DNA of 64,000 nucleotides from Arenicellales bacterium (lineage in GTDB: Bacteria > Pseudomonadota > Gammaproteobacteria > Arenicellales > JAJDZL01). Of this stretch, positions 8,327-19,052 are shown piece by piece (the first letter of the stretch is position 1; each line of letters starts with the position of its first letter). A program made the translations under genes and the position numbers. The notes below the pieces were generated by a model that searched no databases, had not been told where the DNA came from, and worked only from the letters and a program-made list of their open reading frames with translations. The DNA is taken from assembly GCA_965262855.1 (NCBI GenBank), contig OZ253563.1, positions 546,328 through 610,327 of the forward strand, written 5' to 3'.

Positions 8327-8986
8327 TTACATCCACAGTTGCGCTGGAATTTCAGCTACAGCGTCGACGAGATAATCAGCGCCCCAGGATTTTGGGTCGT
8401 CATGCGGGGGAATATAACCATAAGTGACTCCAATGGTGTGCAGCCCGGCATCACGACCAGCTTCAATATCTCGTATTGAGTCCCCTATGAATACCGATGA
8501 GTTTGGTGATATTCCTGCCAATTTACATGCATAAATTACCGGTAGCGGATTTGGTTTTCTTTGCGGTAACGTGTCTCCACCTACGATACAGGCGACGCTG
8601 TTTCTCAAACCTAGATGTTCAACGATTTGAACAGTCAGATATTCCGGTTTATTCGTTACGATTCCCCACTGTATGCCGGTATCATTCATTTTTTCCAAGA
8701 TTGCGTCAATTCCGGGAAACAACACAGTTTCCGAATAGAGATTTTGTTCATATAAATCCAGAAACTCTTCTCTGAGTTCCTGGAATCCATTTTCTTCTGG
8801 AGCGCAGTTGAAGCCTAGCCGAATCAGGGCAGGTGTGCCGTTTGAAATGTGTGGGCGCAAGTGTTCAAAAGGAAGAGGCTCTTTTGACTTGCTCGCTCTC
8901 AATAAATTCAGCGCATTGACCATGTCACGCGCCGTGTCAGCCAGCGTTCCGTCAAAATCGAAAAGAACCAGCGGATACTTGTTCAA
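8327..8986 (-). CDS. HAD-family phosphoglycolate phosphatase-like hydrolase
   Basis: It has the HAD motif I LVLFDFDGTLADT. I place the start at the TTG whose last bases overlap the ubiG stop (TTGA). The 332-aa ORF-track version runs into ubiG and is too long. Confidence 0.75.
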   Translation of the reverse strand: MNKYPLVLFDFDGTLADTARDMVNALNLLRASKSKEPLPFEHLRPHISNGTPALIRLGFNCAPEENGFQELREEFLDLYEQNLYSETVLFPGIDAILEKMNDTGIQWGIVTNKPEYLTVQIVEHLGLRNSVACIVGGDTLPQRKPNPLPVIYACKLAGISPNSSVFIGDSIRDIEAGRDAGLHTIGVTYGYIPPHDDPKSWGADYLVDAVAEIPAQLWM

Positions 8987-9684
8987 GTTCGTTCGCAATG
9001 CGCGAGGTAATTGATTTCGATGCCCGGTCCGAGTCGAAATGAGCGAGAAACGGGATTGTAGTGTAATCCGGTGATATTTTGCATTCTGATTCCGGCACTT
9101 CGGCACCATCGATTGAGTTCGGAAGGTCGAATGAAATTCTTGTGCTGATGGGTTCCGCGCGGCAGAAGGTTCAGAACATATTCGGCGCCGACGATTCCAA
9201 GTGCCCAACTTTTTGGCGTACGATTCAGTGTGGAAAAGAAGATACTTCCGCCTGGCTTGATGACAGCACCGCAGGCATTGATCGCTGAAATCGGGTCGGG
9301 GACATGTTCGAGCATCTCCATGCATGTCACAATATCGAATTTCTCCTCAATTTGGTCTGCATAGTTTTCTATTGTTGTACACACATATTCGACATTTAAC
9401 TGACTTTCGTGGAGATGAAGTTTAGCAATCTGCAGTGTTTCTTCACTGATATCAAGTCCGGTAACCAAGGCGCCTTCGCGGGCCAGCGATTCTGATAGAA
9501 TGCCACCACCGCAGCCGACATCCAGAATTGTTTTTCCTTCAATTGGCGAATGATTGCGAATAAATTCCAGCCTGAGAGGATTTAGCATGTGAAGCGGGCG
9601 AAATTTGCCCGAGGGATCCCACCATTGCTCGGCAATGTTTGAAAATTTACGAACTTCTGCTGTGCTTACGTTCAGTGCGTTCAT
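8983..9684 (-). CDS. ubiG: ubiquinone biosynthesis O-methyltransferase
   Basis: It has the SAM-binding motif ILDVGCGGGILSESLA and FDIVTCMEMLEHVPDP. I chose the ATG at 9684 (MNALNVSTAEVRKF...), which lies just downstream of the mtaD stop at 9692-9694. The order mtaD-ubiG-gph matches Pseudomonas. Confidence 0.85.
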   Translation of the reverse strand: MNALNVSTAEVRKFSNIAEQWWDPSGKFRPLHMLNPLRLEFIRNHSPIEGKTILDVGCGGGILSESLAREGALVTGLDISEETLQIAKLHLHESQLNVEYVCTTIENYADQIEEKFDIVTCMEMLEHVPDPISAINACGAVIKPGGSIFFSTLNRTPKSWALGIVGAEYVLNLLPRGTHQHKNFIRPSELNRWCRSAGIRMQNITGLHYNPVSRSFRLGPGIEINYLAHCERT

Positions 9685-9691
9685 GATTGCA

Positions 9692-11020
9692 TTAAAAGGA
9701 GCTAAGTGTGTTCGAGATTTTAGCGTGCCATCGGTTTGCAATTTCAAGGCACTGTGCCTCATCAATGCATGTCAATACCTGATTATCAAGAACCTGTTTC
9801 CCCCCAATCCAGACGTCTGTGACTTGATCTCTGGAAGCGGCATGGACAATTTGAGATACAGGGTCATAAATCGGTGAACAGTATATGCTGCTCAAGTCAA
9901 TCGCGGTGATGTCGGCGAGTTTTCCAGGCTCAAGAGAACCGGTTGACAGGTCAAGTCCCAGGCTTTTGGCGCCATTGATTGTAGACATGCGGAGTGCTTC
10001 GTGAACAGATACGTTTGAAGCGTCTGCAGACTTTCCTTTTGCAAGCAACGCAGCAAATCGCATTTCTTCCAACATGTTCAAACTATTGTTACTGGCAGCG
10101 CCATCTGTTCCGATAGCAACATTGACATTGTGTTTTAGCAGGTCGCTGACCGGACTGATTCCACAGGCAAGTTTTAGATTTGATTTTGGACAGTGGGCGA
10201 TGTTACTGTTGGATTCCGCAAGAAGACTAATTTCTTCGTCAAGCAGTTGGGTAACGTGAACTGCAATTAATCGAGAATTCAGCATTCCCAGTTTTTGCAG
10301 GCGTTCTATGGGACGTACTCCGTGCATTTTGATGGAATCTTCAATCTCCTGCGCGGTTTCGTGGACATGAATATGTACTCCGAGGCGCTGTTCTGCAGCT
10401 AGGCCGACTATTTTTTCAAGGGTGTCGTCAGAGACTGTGTAGGGTGCATGTGGTGCAAACATGGTTGTAACGAGTTCTGAAGCTCTGAATCGATCATGCA
10501 GTTCCATGCCTTTGCTGAGATATTCCTCTGCCGAATTTGCCCATTTAGTCGGAAATTCAAGCGCGATCATGCCAAGTGTGATTCTCATATGTGTTTGTTC
10601 TGCGACCTCACCGACAACTTCTGGAAACAGGTACATGTCGTTCAAGCAAGTGGTGCCGCTACGAATCGACTCGGCGATCGCTAGTGTGGTGCCATCTCGC
10701 ACAAAATCCGCGTCTACCCATTGTCCCTCTAGCGGCCAGATGCGCTGCTGAAGCCAAGTGTCCAGCGAGACGTCTTCAGCGGCCCCGCGAAATAGCGTCA
10801 TCGCTGCATGTGTATGTGCGTTTATAAACCCAGGGATAACTGCGTGATTGGACAAACAAACATGGTTGGCGGCGCTAAATATTTTGTTGGCTTCCACGGT
10901 AGGCAGAATTCGTTGAATTTTGTCGGCGACTATGACAATGCTGTGATGGTCAAGAGTGCTGTTTGAAGCGTCAACGGGGATTACCCATCGTGCGTCAATC
11001 ACTGTATCTGCAAATTCCAT
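9692..11020 (-). CDS. mtaD: amidohydrolase-family 5'-methylthioadenosine/S-adenosylhomocysteine deaminase
   Basis: The 442-aa product has the metal-binding motif GFINAHTHAAMTLFRG and later ...HVHETAQE... and ...IGTDGAASNN..., which is the TRZ/ATZ deaminase pattern. Confidence 0.8.
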   Translation of the reverse strand: MEFADTVIDARWVIPVDASNSTLDHHSIVIVADKIQRILPTVEANKIFSAANHVCLSNHAVIPGFINAHTHAAMTLFRGAAEDVSLDTWLQQRIWPLEGQWVDADFVRDGTTLAIAESIRSGTTCLNDMYLFPEVVGEVAEQTHMRITLGMIALEFPTKWANSAEEYLSKGMELHDRFRASELVTTMFAPHAPYTVSDDTLEKIVGLAAEQRLGVHIHVHETAQEIEDSIKMHGVRPIERLQKLGMLNSRLIAVHVTQLLDEEISLLAESNSNIAHCPKSNLKLACGISPVSDLLKHNVNVAIGTDGAASNNSLNMLEEMRFAALLAKGKSADASNVSVHEALRMSTINGAKSLGLDLSTGSLEPGKLADITAIDLSSIYCSPIYDPVSQIVHAASRDQVTDVWIGGKQVLDNQVLTCIDEAQCLEIANRWHAKISNTLSSF

Positions 11021-11264
11021 GCGACAAAAGTATAATTCAAATGACCGGCTGGAGCGCAGCCATTCCGATCTCCGTTAGTGGCGAAAATAAGCCATTCAAA
11101 ACATTGTTTTTGATCTCCGTCAGTTCGGCAATTTCACCAGTCTGATCGTACTGAAATATGTTAAAATCATTGCCAGTTATGACTGTATTCTCTCACCCGC
11201 TTTCAAGCGCTAATTTCGCCGCTTGCATACCGCAAAATTCGTTTATTCATAAAAGTTCAAACTA

Positions 11265-13874
11265 GTGCCTGTTTTCGCCAAAAGAACATATTCCGCTGAC
11301 CTCGAAAAGGAGATGCGGCAGTCCTATCTGGATTACGCCATGAGCGTAATTGTAGGGCGCGCTTTACCGGATATTCGAGACGGTTTGAAGCCGGTTCATC
11401 GCCGAATTCTGTATGCGATGAAGGATCTCGGAAACGACTGGAACAAACCTTATAAGAAATCCGCTCGAATTACCGGTGACGTTATCGGTAAATATCACCC
11501 GCATGGAGATACCGCAATCTACGATGCAATTGTGCGAATGGCACAGGATTTTTCCATGCGCTACCCCTTGGTAGACGGCCAGGGAAATTTCGGTTCAGTC
11601 GATGGAGATGCACCAGCAGCCATGCGTTATACAGAAGTGCGTCTTTCCCGTATTGCACATGAACTGCTAGTTGATATTGATAAGGAGACGGTCGACTTTG
11701 GCCCGAATTACGATGACACGGAAGAACAGCCTCTTGTGCTTCCGACCCGATTGCCGAATTTGCTGCTGAATGGCTCTGAAGGCATTGCAGTCGGGATGGC
11801 GACGAAAATTCCGCCTCATAATCTAACCGAAACCATAAATGCATGTCTTGCTTTGATAGAGGACAACAGCCTGACCGTCAAACAGTTGATGGAACACATA
11901 CCGGGTCCGGACTTTCCGACTGCAGGAATAATTAACGGGCAGTCCGGAATAATTGAAGCTTACAACACCGGGCGCGGTTCCATACGCCTCCGTGGTAAGG
12001 TTGAATTTGAAGCCATCGGGAATTCAAACAAACAGGCCATCATCATCACTGAGCTTCCTTATCAGGTGCTCAAAGCACGATTGATTCAACAGATAGCGGA
12101 ACTCGTGAAAAGCGGTGTTCTGGATGGAATCTCCATGGTTCGGGATGAATCCGACAAGTCGGGAATGCGAGTTGTAATCGAATTGAAAGCCGGTACGAAT
12201 CCGGAAGTTGTAGAGAACAATCTTTACAGCAGTACCCGACTTGAGTCTAGCTATGGAATCAATCTCGTTGCACTGGCGAACAATCAGCCTAGACTATTTG
12301 ATTTAAAACGTTTATTGAACGGCTTTATCCGGCATCGCCGTGAAGTCGTTACGCGTAAACTGGAATTTGAGCTAAGAAAGGCGGTAGCGCGCGCTCACAT
12401 TTTGGAAGGCCAAGCAGTAGCGCTATCCAATTTGGACGAAATGATTGCAGTCATTCGCGCTGCAAGGGGTGGTGCGGAGGCAAAAGAAAAGCTGATGGAA
12501 AGATTCTGGAATTCGGATGTCGTTTCGCAGTTGCTCAAAGAAAATGAAATTGACAGAGCTTCAGATTTGTCAGCTCCGAAGCGGTATGGCGTGTTCGAAG
12601 AAGGTTATCGATTGTCCGAGAGTCAGGCCGTTGCAATCCTGCAGATGCGTCTGCAGAATTTAACCGGACTGGAGCAGGAAAAAGTGTTTGAAGAGTTTAA
12701 GGAGATTCTTGCTCAAATCGACAAGACACGACGAATTTTGCGCTCCCCGGTATTGTTGCTGAAACAAATATCGGATGAATTAAGAGAATTGCGCGAACTT
12801 TATGGCAGGAACGATAGGCGCCGAACAAGAATCGTGGAAAACGCACTCGACTTGAGCAATGAAGATTTGATTGTGCGAGAAGATGTTGTTGTTACAATTT
12901 CACACTCAGGGTATGCAAAACAGCAGCCACTGTCTGAATATCGTTCGCAGATTCGGGGAGGAAAGGGCAAAACCGCTACAACCCATAAAACCGATGATTT
13001 CGTCAGCAGAATGTTTGTTGCCAATACGCACAATACACTGCTGTGCTTTACCAATCTCGGCAAAGTGTACTGGACCAAAATTTATCGGCTGGAACGTGCA
13101 GGTCGTACCGCCCGAGGCCGGCCACTCGTCAATGTTTTGCCTGCGTTGGCAGGAAATGAAAATGTAACCGCAGTGTTGCCGCTGGAAAAACACAACGACG
13201 GCAAATATATATTTATGGCTACACGTCGCGGTACCGTTAAAAAGTGTAATTTGGAGAGATTTTCGAAAATCAGATCGAACGGATTGCGCGCAATCAAGTT
13301 GAAAGAAGGAGACGAACTCGTCAACGTAGGAATTACCAGTGGAAAAGCCGATATTCTACTGGTCAGTAGCGCGGGGCGCATGATCCGGTTCGACGAATCC
13401 AGTATCCGGGCAATGGGACGGACAGCTGCAGGCGTGCGAGGACTGAAACTGGAACAGAATCAGCGGCTGATTTCCATGATTTGCGTTGAGCCGAGTGATG
13501 AAGACCGAACTGTGCTGCTGGTAAGTTCAGATGGCTGCGGCAAGCGTACAAACCTGAGCGAATTTCCAAAGAAAAAAAGGGCAGGCAAAGGTGTGGTAGT
13601 ACTACCAGCCAAAAAACGCAGTGAAACGAAAATGATTGATGCATTGCTGGTGAATGACAGCGATCAGATAATTCTGATCACTGATGGTGGAACGCTGATC
13701 AGAACCGAAGTCTGCAAAATTGCAAAATATTCGAGAATAGCTGCCGGGGTTCGACTGATTAACCTGAATGAGGAACAGTCACTTGTCGGTGTCGCAGCAA
13801 TCACTGACAATAATACTGACGAAGACGACGAAATATCGGGTGATAGCAACACCGTTTCGCAAACTGACGAGTAG
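11265..13874 (+). CDS. gyrA: DNA gyrase subunit A
   Basis: The 869-aa product reads [33 protein letters not shown]...[14 protein letters not shown]. It starts with GTG. Confidence 0.95.
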   Translation: MPVFAKRTYSADLEKEMRQSYLDYAMSVIVGRALPDIRDGLKPVHRRILYAMKDLGNDWNKPYKKSARITGDVIGKYHPHGDTAIYDAIVRMAQDFSMRYPLVDGQGNFGSVDGDAPAAMRYTEVRLSRIAHELLVDIDKETVDFGPNYDDTEEQPLVLPTRLPNLLLNGSEGIAVGMATKIPPHNLTETINACLALIEDNSLTVKQLMEHIPGPDFPTAGIINGQSGIIEAYNTGRGSIRLRGKVEFEAIGNSNKQAIIITELPYQVLKARLIQQIAELVKSGVLDGISMVRDESDKSGMRVVIELKAGTNPEVVENNLYSSTRLESSYGINLVALANNQPRLFDLKRLLNGFIRHRREVVTRKLEFELRKAVARAHILEGQAVALSNLDEMIAVIRAARGGAEAKEKLMERFWNSDVVSQLLKENEIDRASDLSAPKRYGVFEEGYRLSESQAVAILQMRLQNLTGLEQEKVFEEFKEILAQIDKTRRILRSPVLLLKQISDELRELRELYGRNDRRRTRIVENALDLSNEDLIVREDVVVTISHSGYAKQQPLSEYRSQIRGGKGKTATTHKTDDFVSRMFVANTHNTLLCFTNLGKVYWTKIYRLERAGRTARGRPLVNVLPALAGNENVTAVLPLEKHNDGKYIFMATRRGTVKKCNLERFSKIRSNGLRAIKLKEGDELVNVGITSGKADILLVSSAGRMIRFDESSIRAMGRTAAGVRGLKLEQNQRLISMICVEPSDEDRTVLLVSSDGCGKRTNLSEFPKKKRAGKGVVVLPAKKRSETKMIDALLVNDSDQIILITDGGTLIRTEVCKIAKYSRIAAGVRLINLNEEQSLVGVAAITDNNTDEDDEISGDSNTVSQTDE

Positions 13875-13889
13875 CAGCATTTCTCGATC

Positions 13890-14969
13890 ATGGAATTGAA
13901 ATCCCTAAATTCCATCAGAATGGAAATCGATGCAATTGACGTCCAGTTGCAAGATCTGATCACCGAACGTGCGCGTCTCGGCAAACAGGTGGCTGAAGTC
14001 AAAAGCAGGCAGAAGAATCCGCAGTATTTCGTGCCCGAAAGGGAAGCGCAGATCATACAAGGTGTGTTGAAACGAAATGACGGAACTCTGCCCGACGACA
14101 GCATGGCACAAATATTTCGTGAAATCATATCGGCTACTCGATCCATTGAACATCCAACTCGTATCGCAGTTTTGGGACCTGCAGGTACATTTACTCAATC
14201 AGCAGTACATCTGTTTTTCGGTCATGCCGTTGATGAGGTTTTCGAACCAACGATTGATGAAGTTTTTGATGCCGTAGAGGTTGGAAGAGCTGAATTCGGA
14301 GTCGTTCCGGTAGAAAATTCAGTTGGAGGTGTCGTCAACAGCACATTCGACAGAATGCTCGATTCTTCTCTTCGTCTTTGTGGGGAGGTTGAAATTCTAG
14401 TGCATCACACACTAATCAGTTCAGCTGAATCAATTTCTGAGATTAAAACTGTACAAGCGCATCCACAGGCATTCTTGCAGTGTCGTAAGTGGCTGAGTGA
14501 GTATCTTCCAAAAGCCAAACAGGTATCAGCAGCCAGCAATACCGAAGCTGCGGTCAATACTCAAGGTGACCCTGCCGCTGCCGCCATCGGTAACGAAGCA
14601 GCCGCAGAAATTTATGGCATGAATGTTATTCAGACCAATATTGAAGACCAAATAACCAATACAACTCGATTTCTGGTTATCGGGAATATTGATGTAGATG
14701 CAACGGGCAACGACAAGACCAGCATTCTGATCTCGAAGAAAAACGAGCCTGGATCCTTGGTAAGACTTCTTGAACCGTTTGCGCGCTACGGCACCAACAT
14801 GACAAAAATCGAATCCCGTCCTACCCGTAAGGGAATGTGGGAATATGTATTCTTCATTGATTTTGAAGGGCATGCTACTGATTCTTCAGTTGTGAAGCTG
14901 TTCGAAGAATTGAAGGCTGAAGCTCCCTTGTTCAAGTTATTGGGATCTTATCCAAGATCAACTCGCTGA
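13890..14969 (+). CDS. pheA: bifunctional chorismate mutase/prephenate dehydratase (P-protein)
   Basis: An N-terminal chorismate mutase helix region is followed by a PDT domain and an ACT domain containing TKIESRPTRKGMWEYVFFIDFEGH. Confidence 0.9.
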   Translation: MELKSLNSIRMEIDAIDVQLQDLITERARLGKQVAEVKSRQKNPQYFVPEREAQIIQGVLKRNDGTLPDDSMAQIFREIISATRSIEHPTRIAVLGPAGTFTQSAVHLFFGHAVDEVFEPTIDEVFDAVEVGRAEFGVVPVENSVGGVVNSTFDRMLDSSLRLCGEVEILVHHTLISSAESISEIKTVQAHPQAFLQCRKWLSEYLPKAKQVSAASNTEAAVNTQGDPAAAAIGNEAAAEIYGMNVIQTNIEDQITNTTRFLVIGNIDVDATGNDKTSILISKKNEPGSLVRLLEPFARYGTNMTKIESRPTRKGMWEYVFFIDFEGHATDSSVVKLFEELKAEAPLFKLLGSYPRSTR

Positions 14970-16087
14970 TGTCCACTAAATTTGATGCCTACAGCTTGGC
15001 GACTTCGGGCATTCGGGACTTAGCCCCCTACGACCCCGGAAAACCCCTAGAAGAGTTGGAGCGTCAGTATGGAATTTCAGGTGCGATCAAAGTCGCTTCA
15101 AACGAAAACCCGCTCGGTCCGTCTCCTCGTGTAGTGGAGTTAATCAATCGCCAAATATCAGGCATTCATCGATATCCGGATGGTGCAGGCCATGAACTGA
15201 AAAAAGCACTCGCTGCCCGTCACAGTGTGGACATGGATCAGATCTGTCTCGGCAATGGTTCAAACGATTTGTTAGACATGATAGCTCGAGTTTTCGTCGG
15301 CCCAGGCAAGGCGGGAATTATTTCGCGACACGCCTTCATCGTCTACTATCTTTCACTGGTTTACGTTCATGCGGATATTCGAATTATCGATGCCAAAGAC
15401 TACGGTCATGATCTTTCAGCGATGGCAGCGGCAGTTGATACGAATACACAACTTATGTATATCGCCAATCCGAATAATCCTACCGGTACCTGGTCGAGAA
15501 CTGATGAGTTGAGAACCCTGTTGAATCATGTGCCTTCTTCGGTCATTGTGGTTGTAGATGAAGCTTATGCCGAATATGTTGCCGAGCCCGAATATCCGAA
15601 TTGCATTGACTGGCTTTCGGAGTATCCGAACCTGATAGTAACCCGTACATTTTCAAAAATATTTGGACTGGCGGGATTGCGCATCGGCTATTCGGTTTCA
15701 AGCCCTGAAATCAGTAATCTCCTGAACCGGGCTCGACAGCCATTTAACTGCAATAGTCTGGCATTGGCCGCTGCCGTAGAAGCACTGGAAGACAGGGAGC
15801 ATGTTGAATACAGTCGCAAGATGAATCTTGAGCAGATAAGAGCGCTGTGTATGGGATTTTCTAAATTAGGGTTGAATGTAATTGATTCAGTGGGAAATTT
15901 TGTGTGTGTCGACCTGCAGCGTCCATCAGCACAAGCCTATGAGAGCCTACTTCATTGCGGGGTAATCGTACGTCCGCTCGGAGGATATGACATGCCGAAC
16001 CATTTGCGTGTGACGGTAGGCACTGAAGCTGAGAACAATCGAGTTCTGGATGGATTTCGGCAGCTTCAGGAGAATAGAGTGATTTGA
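14969..16087 (+). CDS. hisC: histidinol-phosphate/aromatic aminotransferase
   Basis: It has the motifs ASNENPLGPSP and TFSKIFGLAGLRIGY (PLP lysine). Confidence 0.85.
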   Translation: MSTKFDAYSLATSGIRDLAPYDPGKPLEELERQYGISGAIKVASNENPLGPSPRVVELINRQISGIHRYPDGAGHELKKALAARHSVDMDQICLGNGSNDLLDMIARVFVGPGKAGIISRHAFIVYYLSLVYVHADIRIIDAKDYGHDLSAMAAAVDTNTQLMYIANPNNPTGTWSRTDELRTLLNHVPSSVIVVVDEAYAEYVAEPEYPNCIDWLSEYPNLIVTRTFSKIFGLAGLRIGYSVSSPEISNLLNRARQPFNCNSLALAAAVEALEDREHVEYSRKMNLEQIRALCMGFSKLGLNVIDSVGNFVCVDLQRPSAQAYESLLHCGVIVRPLGGYDMPNHLRVTVGTEAENNRVLDGFRQLQENRVI

Positions 16088-16094
16088 CTACAAA

Positions 16095-16985
16095 ATGTTT
16101 CAACTGAATAAATTACTGATAATCGGCGTGGGCCTGATTGGAGGGTCACTGGCACTGGCATTACGCAAAGCCGGAGCAGTACGGGAAATAGTCGGCGCTG
16201 GAAGAACGCTTGAAAGCTTGGAGAAAGCGGTCGAACTAGGCGTCATTGATCGATTCACTCGGAACATCACAGAGGAAGTTCCGGGCTCGGATGTTGTTGT
16301 TGTTGCAACTCCAGTGCTGTCATTCGATGCAATGATTCAGACTATCGCGCAGTCGAATTACCATAATTCGATTGTAACAGACGTCGGAAGCGTCAAGAAG
16401 CAGATCGCAGAATCAGCTGAACGGCATTTCAGTACCGATTATTCTGGCTTCATCGGGGCGCATCCGATTGCCGGTGCAGAACATTCTGGTGTATCCGCTG
16501 CATTCGCGGATTTATTTCATGGGAAGCGCACAATACTTACACCGACGGATAGGACTGGCGATGAAGCAGTTGAGACGGTGCGAAACATGTGGGTTACCGC
16601 CGGTTCAGTGGTCAGTGATATGAACGTGAATCTTCATGATGACCTTGTCGCTGCAAGCAGTCATCTTCCTCATCTGGTCGCATTCGGCCTAGTGCACTAT
16701 ATCGCCAATCACCAAAGCAATCGAGAGTGTTTCGATTTGGCCGCCTCCGGATTTTACGATTTCACACGCATTGCATCCAGTGATGCCACAATGTGGCACG
16801 ATATTAGTATGGCAAATTCGGAAGCAATTGCGAGAGAGCTGGAAGGTTACATCAACGAATTGAGTGCCATCTTAAGAAGTGTTACCAATCGAGACAGTGC
16901 GACTCTCGAGAAAATTCTTACCACTGCAAAATCTACCCGTGATCGCAATCTCGCCCTGTGGCAAGATAGCGGATCACAAAACTAA
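16095..16985 (+). CDS. tyrA: prephenate/arogenate dehydrogenase
   Basis: It has the Rossmann motif IIGVGLIGGSLALALRKAG and sits between hisC and aroA. Confidence 0.8.
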   Translation: MFQLNKLLIIGVGLIGGSLALALRKAGAVREIVGAGRTLESLEKAVELGVIDRFTRNITEEVPGSDVVVVATPVLSFDAMIQTIAQSNYHNSIVTDVGSVKKQIAESAERHFSTDYSGFIGAHPIAGAEHSGVSAAFADLFHGKRTILTPTDRTGDEAVETVRNMWVTAGSVVSDMNVNLHDDLVAASSHLPHLVAFGLVHYIANHQSNRECFDLAASGFYDFTRIASSDATMWHDISMANSEAIARELEGYINELSAILRSVTNRDSATLEKILTTAKSTRDRNLALWQDSGSQN

Positions 16986-16994
16986 AGTCGTATC

Positions 16995-18305
16995 TTGACC
17001 AGTTTCAGAATTCGTCCCGGCACACCGCTGGCAGGCCGAATCTCGGTTCCCGGTGACAAGTCCATTTCACACAGGACAGTGCTATTGGGTTCAATCGCAC
17101 GTGGAATGACGCGCATAGATGGACTGTTGCTCGGTGAAGATGTACAAAGGACGATTGATGCTTTCCGGGCGTGCGGTGTGGACATCGAGAAAAACGGACC
17201 CAGCGTAGTCATAGAAGGCAAGGGGTTATATGGATTGAGAGAGCCGGATTCGGCTATTTACTGCGGAAATTCCGGTACCAGCCTGCGATTATTGACTGGG
17301 CTCTTTTCAGGTCAGCAGTTTCCAGTGCAATTTACAGGGGACGAGTCGTTATCGGCGCGCCCGATGCTTCGTGTTGTCGAGCCGCTGCGACGGATGGGGG
17401 CATCAATCGAATTATCAGAGTCAGACACGCCGCCAGTAACCATTACCCCTGTCAGTGAGTTAAAGCCGATCGAGTGGACGCTGCCTGTTGCCAGTGCCCA
17501 GGTGAAATCAGCCATTCTACTGGCAGGCTTGTATAGCCGTCTTCAAACGCACGTATTTGAACCAAGATTCACTCGCAATCACACTGAAATTCTGTTGCGT
17601 AAATTCGGTTGCCCTGTTGAGAGTCGAAATGGAAAAATTTCGGTTAAGGGAGGTGTCGAACTAAAAGGACAGCAACTACGAGTGCCAGCAGATTTTTCCT
17701 CTGCAGCTTTCTTTATCGTTGCTGCTCTGTTGATTCCTCACTCGGATATTACTCTCACTGGAGTCGGCATCAATCCGACTCGAATCGGTCTTTTGGAAGT
17801 ATTGGAATCCATGGGAGCTTTGTTTGAATTCAGCAATCATCAAACAGTCGAAATGGAACCCGTCGCCGACCTGCGCGTTCGAAGTGTCGATCACTTGAAG
17901 GGCGTCGATGTAAGTCCCGAAGTGATTCCAAGAATGATTGATGAAATTCCGATACTTGCAATCGTTGCGGCAAATGCACAAGGCAGAACCGTTCTTTCCG
18001 GTTGTGAAGAACTGCGGGTCAAGGAGAGCGATCGAATCCATTCGATCGCAAGAGGGCTGGAACAACTTGGAGTTACCGTTGAGGAACAGCCGGCTGGCAT
18101 GATAATTGAAGGAGGCACCATGGATGGTGGCGTCGTGAACAGCCTTGGCGACCACAGAATTGCCATGGCATTCGCAATTGCGGGGGCAGTCGCTGCAGCG
18201 GAAGTGCAGGTGCAAAATTGCCAATGCGTAGATACATCATTTCCGGGATTTTCGAATCTTGCGAGAAACGCTGGAATGAATATCGTCGTGGAGTCGGGTG
18301 ATTGA
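16995..18305 (+). CDS. aroA: 3-phosphoshikimate 1-carboxyvinyltransferase (EPSP synthase)
   Basis: It has the motifs PGDKSISHR and GNSGTSLRLL. The product is 436 aa. Confidence 0.9.
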   Translation: MTSFRIRPGTPLAGRISVPGDKSISHRTVLLGSIARGMTRIDGLLLGEDVQRTIDAFRACGVDIEKNGPSVVIEGKGLYGLREPDSAIYCGNSGTSLRLLTGLFSGQQFPVQFTGDESLSARPMLRVVEPLRRMGASIELSESDTPPVTITPVSELKPIEWTLPVASAQVKSAILLAGLYSRLQTHVFEPRFTRNHTEILLRKFGCPVESRNGKISVKGGVELKGQQLRVPADFSSAAFFIVAALLIPHSDITLTGVGINPTRIGLLEVLESMGALFEFSNHQTVEMEPVADLRVRSVDHLKGVDVSPEVIPRMIDEIPILAIVAANAQGRTVLSGCEELRVKESDRIHSIARGLEQLGVTVEEQPAGMIIEGGTMDGGVVNSLGDHRIAMAFAIAGAVAAAEVQVQNCQCVDTSFPGFSNLARNAGMNIVVESGD

Positions 18306-19024
18306 TGGCTGATTCCGAGGGTGTAGTTGTAACAATTGATGGCCCTGCAGGTTCTGGCAAAGGAACAGTGGGGCAGAAATTGGCGTTGCGCTTGGGATGG
18401 AATTTCTTGGATAGCGGTGCTCTGTATCGGACATGCGCGTGTATCGTAAGCGAGAATTCGTTGCCAGTTTCGCAGATCGAGTCAATCGTTGAGCATTTGC
18501 ATGCAATTGATTTTCGAAGCGTTGCTTCCCCTTTTGGAGGTGAGGCCAGCGTATATCTGGGTGGACTGGAAATCAGCGAACGGATTCGCACTCCACAGTG
18601 CGGCCGTCTGGCTTCGGAACTGGCAGTTCATCCGGAAATCCGCCAGGTTTTGCTATCGATACAGAGGAACTATAATCGTTCACCCGGACTGGTGGCGGAT
18701 GGCAGAGACATGGGAACTGTGGTATTTCCTGATGCTGCATTCAAAGTGTTTCTAACTGCAAATCTCCGTTCCCGGACACAAAGAAAGTACAATCAATTGA
18801 AGAATCAAGGAATTCAAGTCAACTATGATAATATATACAATGAGATCAGGAGTAGGGATGAGCGGGATTCAACTCGCAGTCATGCACCATTGACAACGCC
18901 TGAAGGTGCATTAACTCTTGATACTTCATCAATGGATGCAGATGAAGCGTTAATGAGTGTATTGGATGGTTTGAATACGATTTTGGAAAAATCAGGAGAG
19001 ACTCAATATGGAAATACACTTTAA
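18305..19024 (+). CDS. cmk: cytidylate kinase
   Basis: It has the P-loop IDGPAGSGKGTV. The ATG at 18305 overlaps the aroA stop. Confidence 0.9.
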   Translation: MADSEGVVVTIDGPAGSGKGTVGQKLALRLGWNFLDSGALYRTCACIVSENSLPVSQIESIVEHLHAIDFRSVASPFGGEASVYLGGLEISERIRTPQCGRLASELAVHPEIRQVLLSIQRNYNRSPGLVADGRDMGTVVFPDAAFKVFLTANLRSRTQRKYNQLKNQGIQVNYDNIYNEIRSRDERDSTRSHAPLTTPEGALTLDTSSMDADEALMSVLDGLNTILEKSGETQYGNTL

Positions 19025-19052
19025 TTTTTAACCTGGAGAACTGAATTAACTA

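Noticed and set aside
8327-9325. The 332-aa version of the HAD phosphatase ORF.
   Set aside because: Its upstream 113 codons overlap ubiG in another frame and have no HAD features. A TTG start overlapping the ubiG stop gives a normal 219-aa protein.
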